NCBI GenBank assembly: GCA_973851085.1
Contig: OZ316776.1
Span: 10,540,001-10,604,000, forward strand
Length of the DNA stretch: 64,000 nucleotides
Source of the DNA: Ptychomitrium polyphyllum
Lineage: Eukaryota
Reading direction: 5' to 3'
Part shown: piece by piece, positions 63,723 through 64,000 of the stretch
Layout: each line of letters begins with the position of its first letter
Position numbering within the stretch: position 1 is the first letter of the stretch
Notes under the pieces: generated by a model
Told to the model about the DNA's origin: nothing
Database searches by the model: none
Seen by the model: the letters and a program-made list of their open reading frames with translations, nothing else
Made by a program: the position numbers and the translations under genes

Positions 63723-64000
63723 AGCAGTGACGTGAACAGGTATAGAAACCTGAATATATTGTTTGCTTCTGTTGTGTGTACTCGTGCAGAGCATTATGTG
63801 GGTTGTTGGCATGAATCTTGTGTAGATTGCTCATTTGATTTAGCAGTAAATCACTCGTACGATTTTGTAACACGTGTACATTGGAATGTCAAAATGAACG
63901 TGCTCTACTGGTTTAGTTGTTCTGCTACTGGATAGTTGAAAGATGACAAAATTGCGTTATGTAAATTTTCTTAGGGTGAAAAGCAGCTGTTCGAAGCAGA

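Overview
Eukaryotic, spliceosomal-intron-containing plant genomic DNA, most consistent with a moss (inferred from the retroelement types and gene content). The first ~24 kb is a nested transposon graveyard. (i) A minus-strand Ty3/gypsy element with a ~1.5 kb LTR has a pol that breaks off in RNase H and runs directly into a ~19 x 72-bp LRR-coding array. (ii) An older minus-strand chromovirus integrase remnant was hit by two insertions. (iii) A full-length but inactivated plus-strand chromovirus (Tcn1/Tf1-like; LTRs 7633-8203 and 13598-14195) has a self-complementary PBS suggesting tRNA-independent self-priming, and an extra degenerate ~200-codon ORF after the chromodomain. (iv) There is also a second copy of the long LTR and a MULE/SWIM transposase remnant. 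The remaining ~40 kb holds host genes: a cytosolic-type NAD+ glycerol-3-phosphate dehydrogenase (-), a 6-exon conserved protein of unknown function (+), a largely intronless DEAH-box (Prp2/DHX16-type) helicase pseudogene (-), a DCC/DUF393 thiol-disulfide oxidoreductase (-) head-to-head with a small spliced DUF3253-like gene (+) missed by the ORF track, a single-exon GT23 (FUT8/NodZ-like) fucosyltransferase with a degenerate donor-binding motif (+), and an SLC25A44-like mitochondrial carrier (+). All calls are by-eye motif recognition; no database searches were run.
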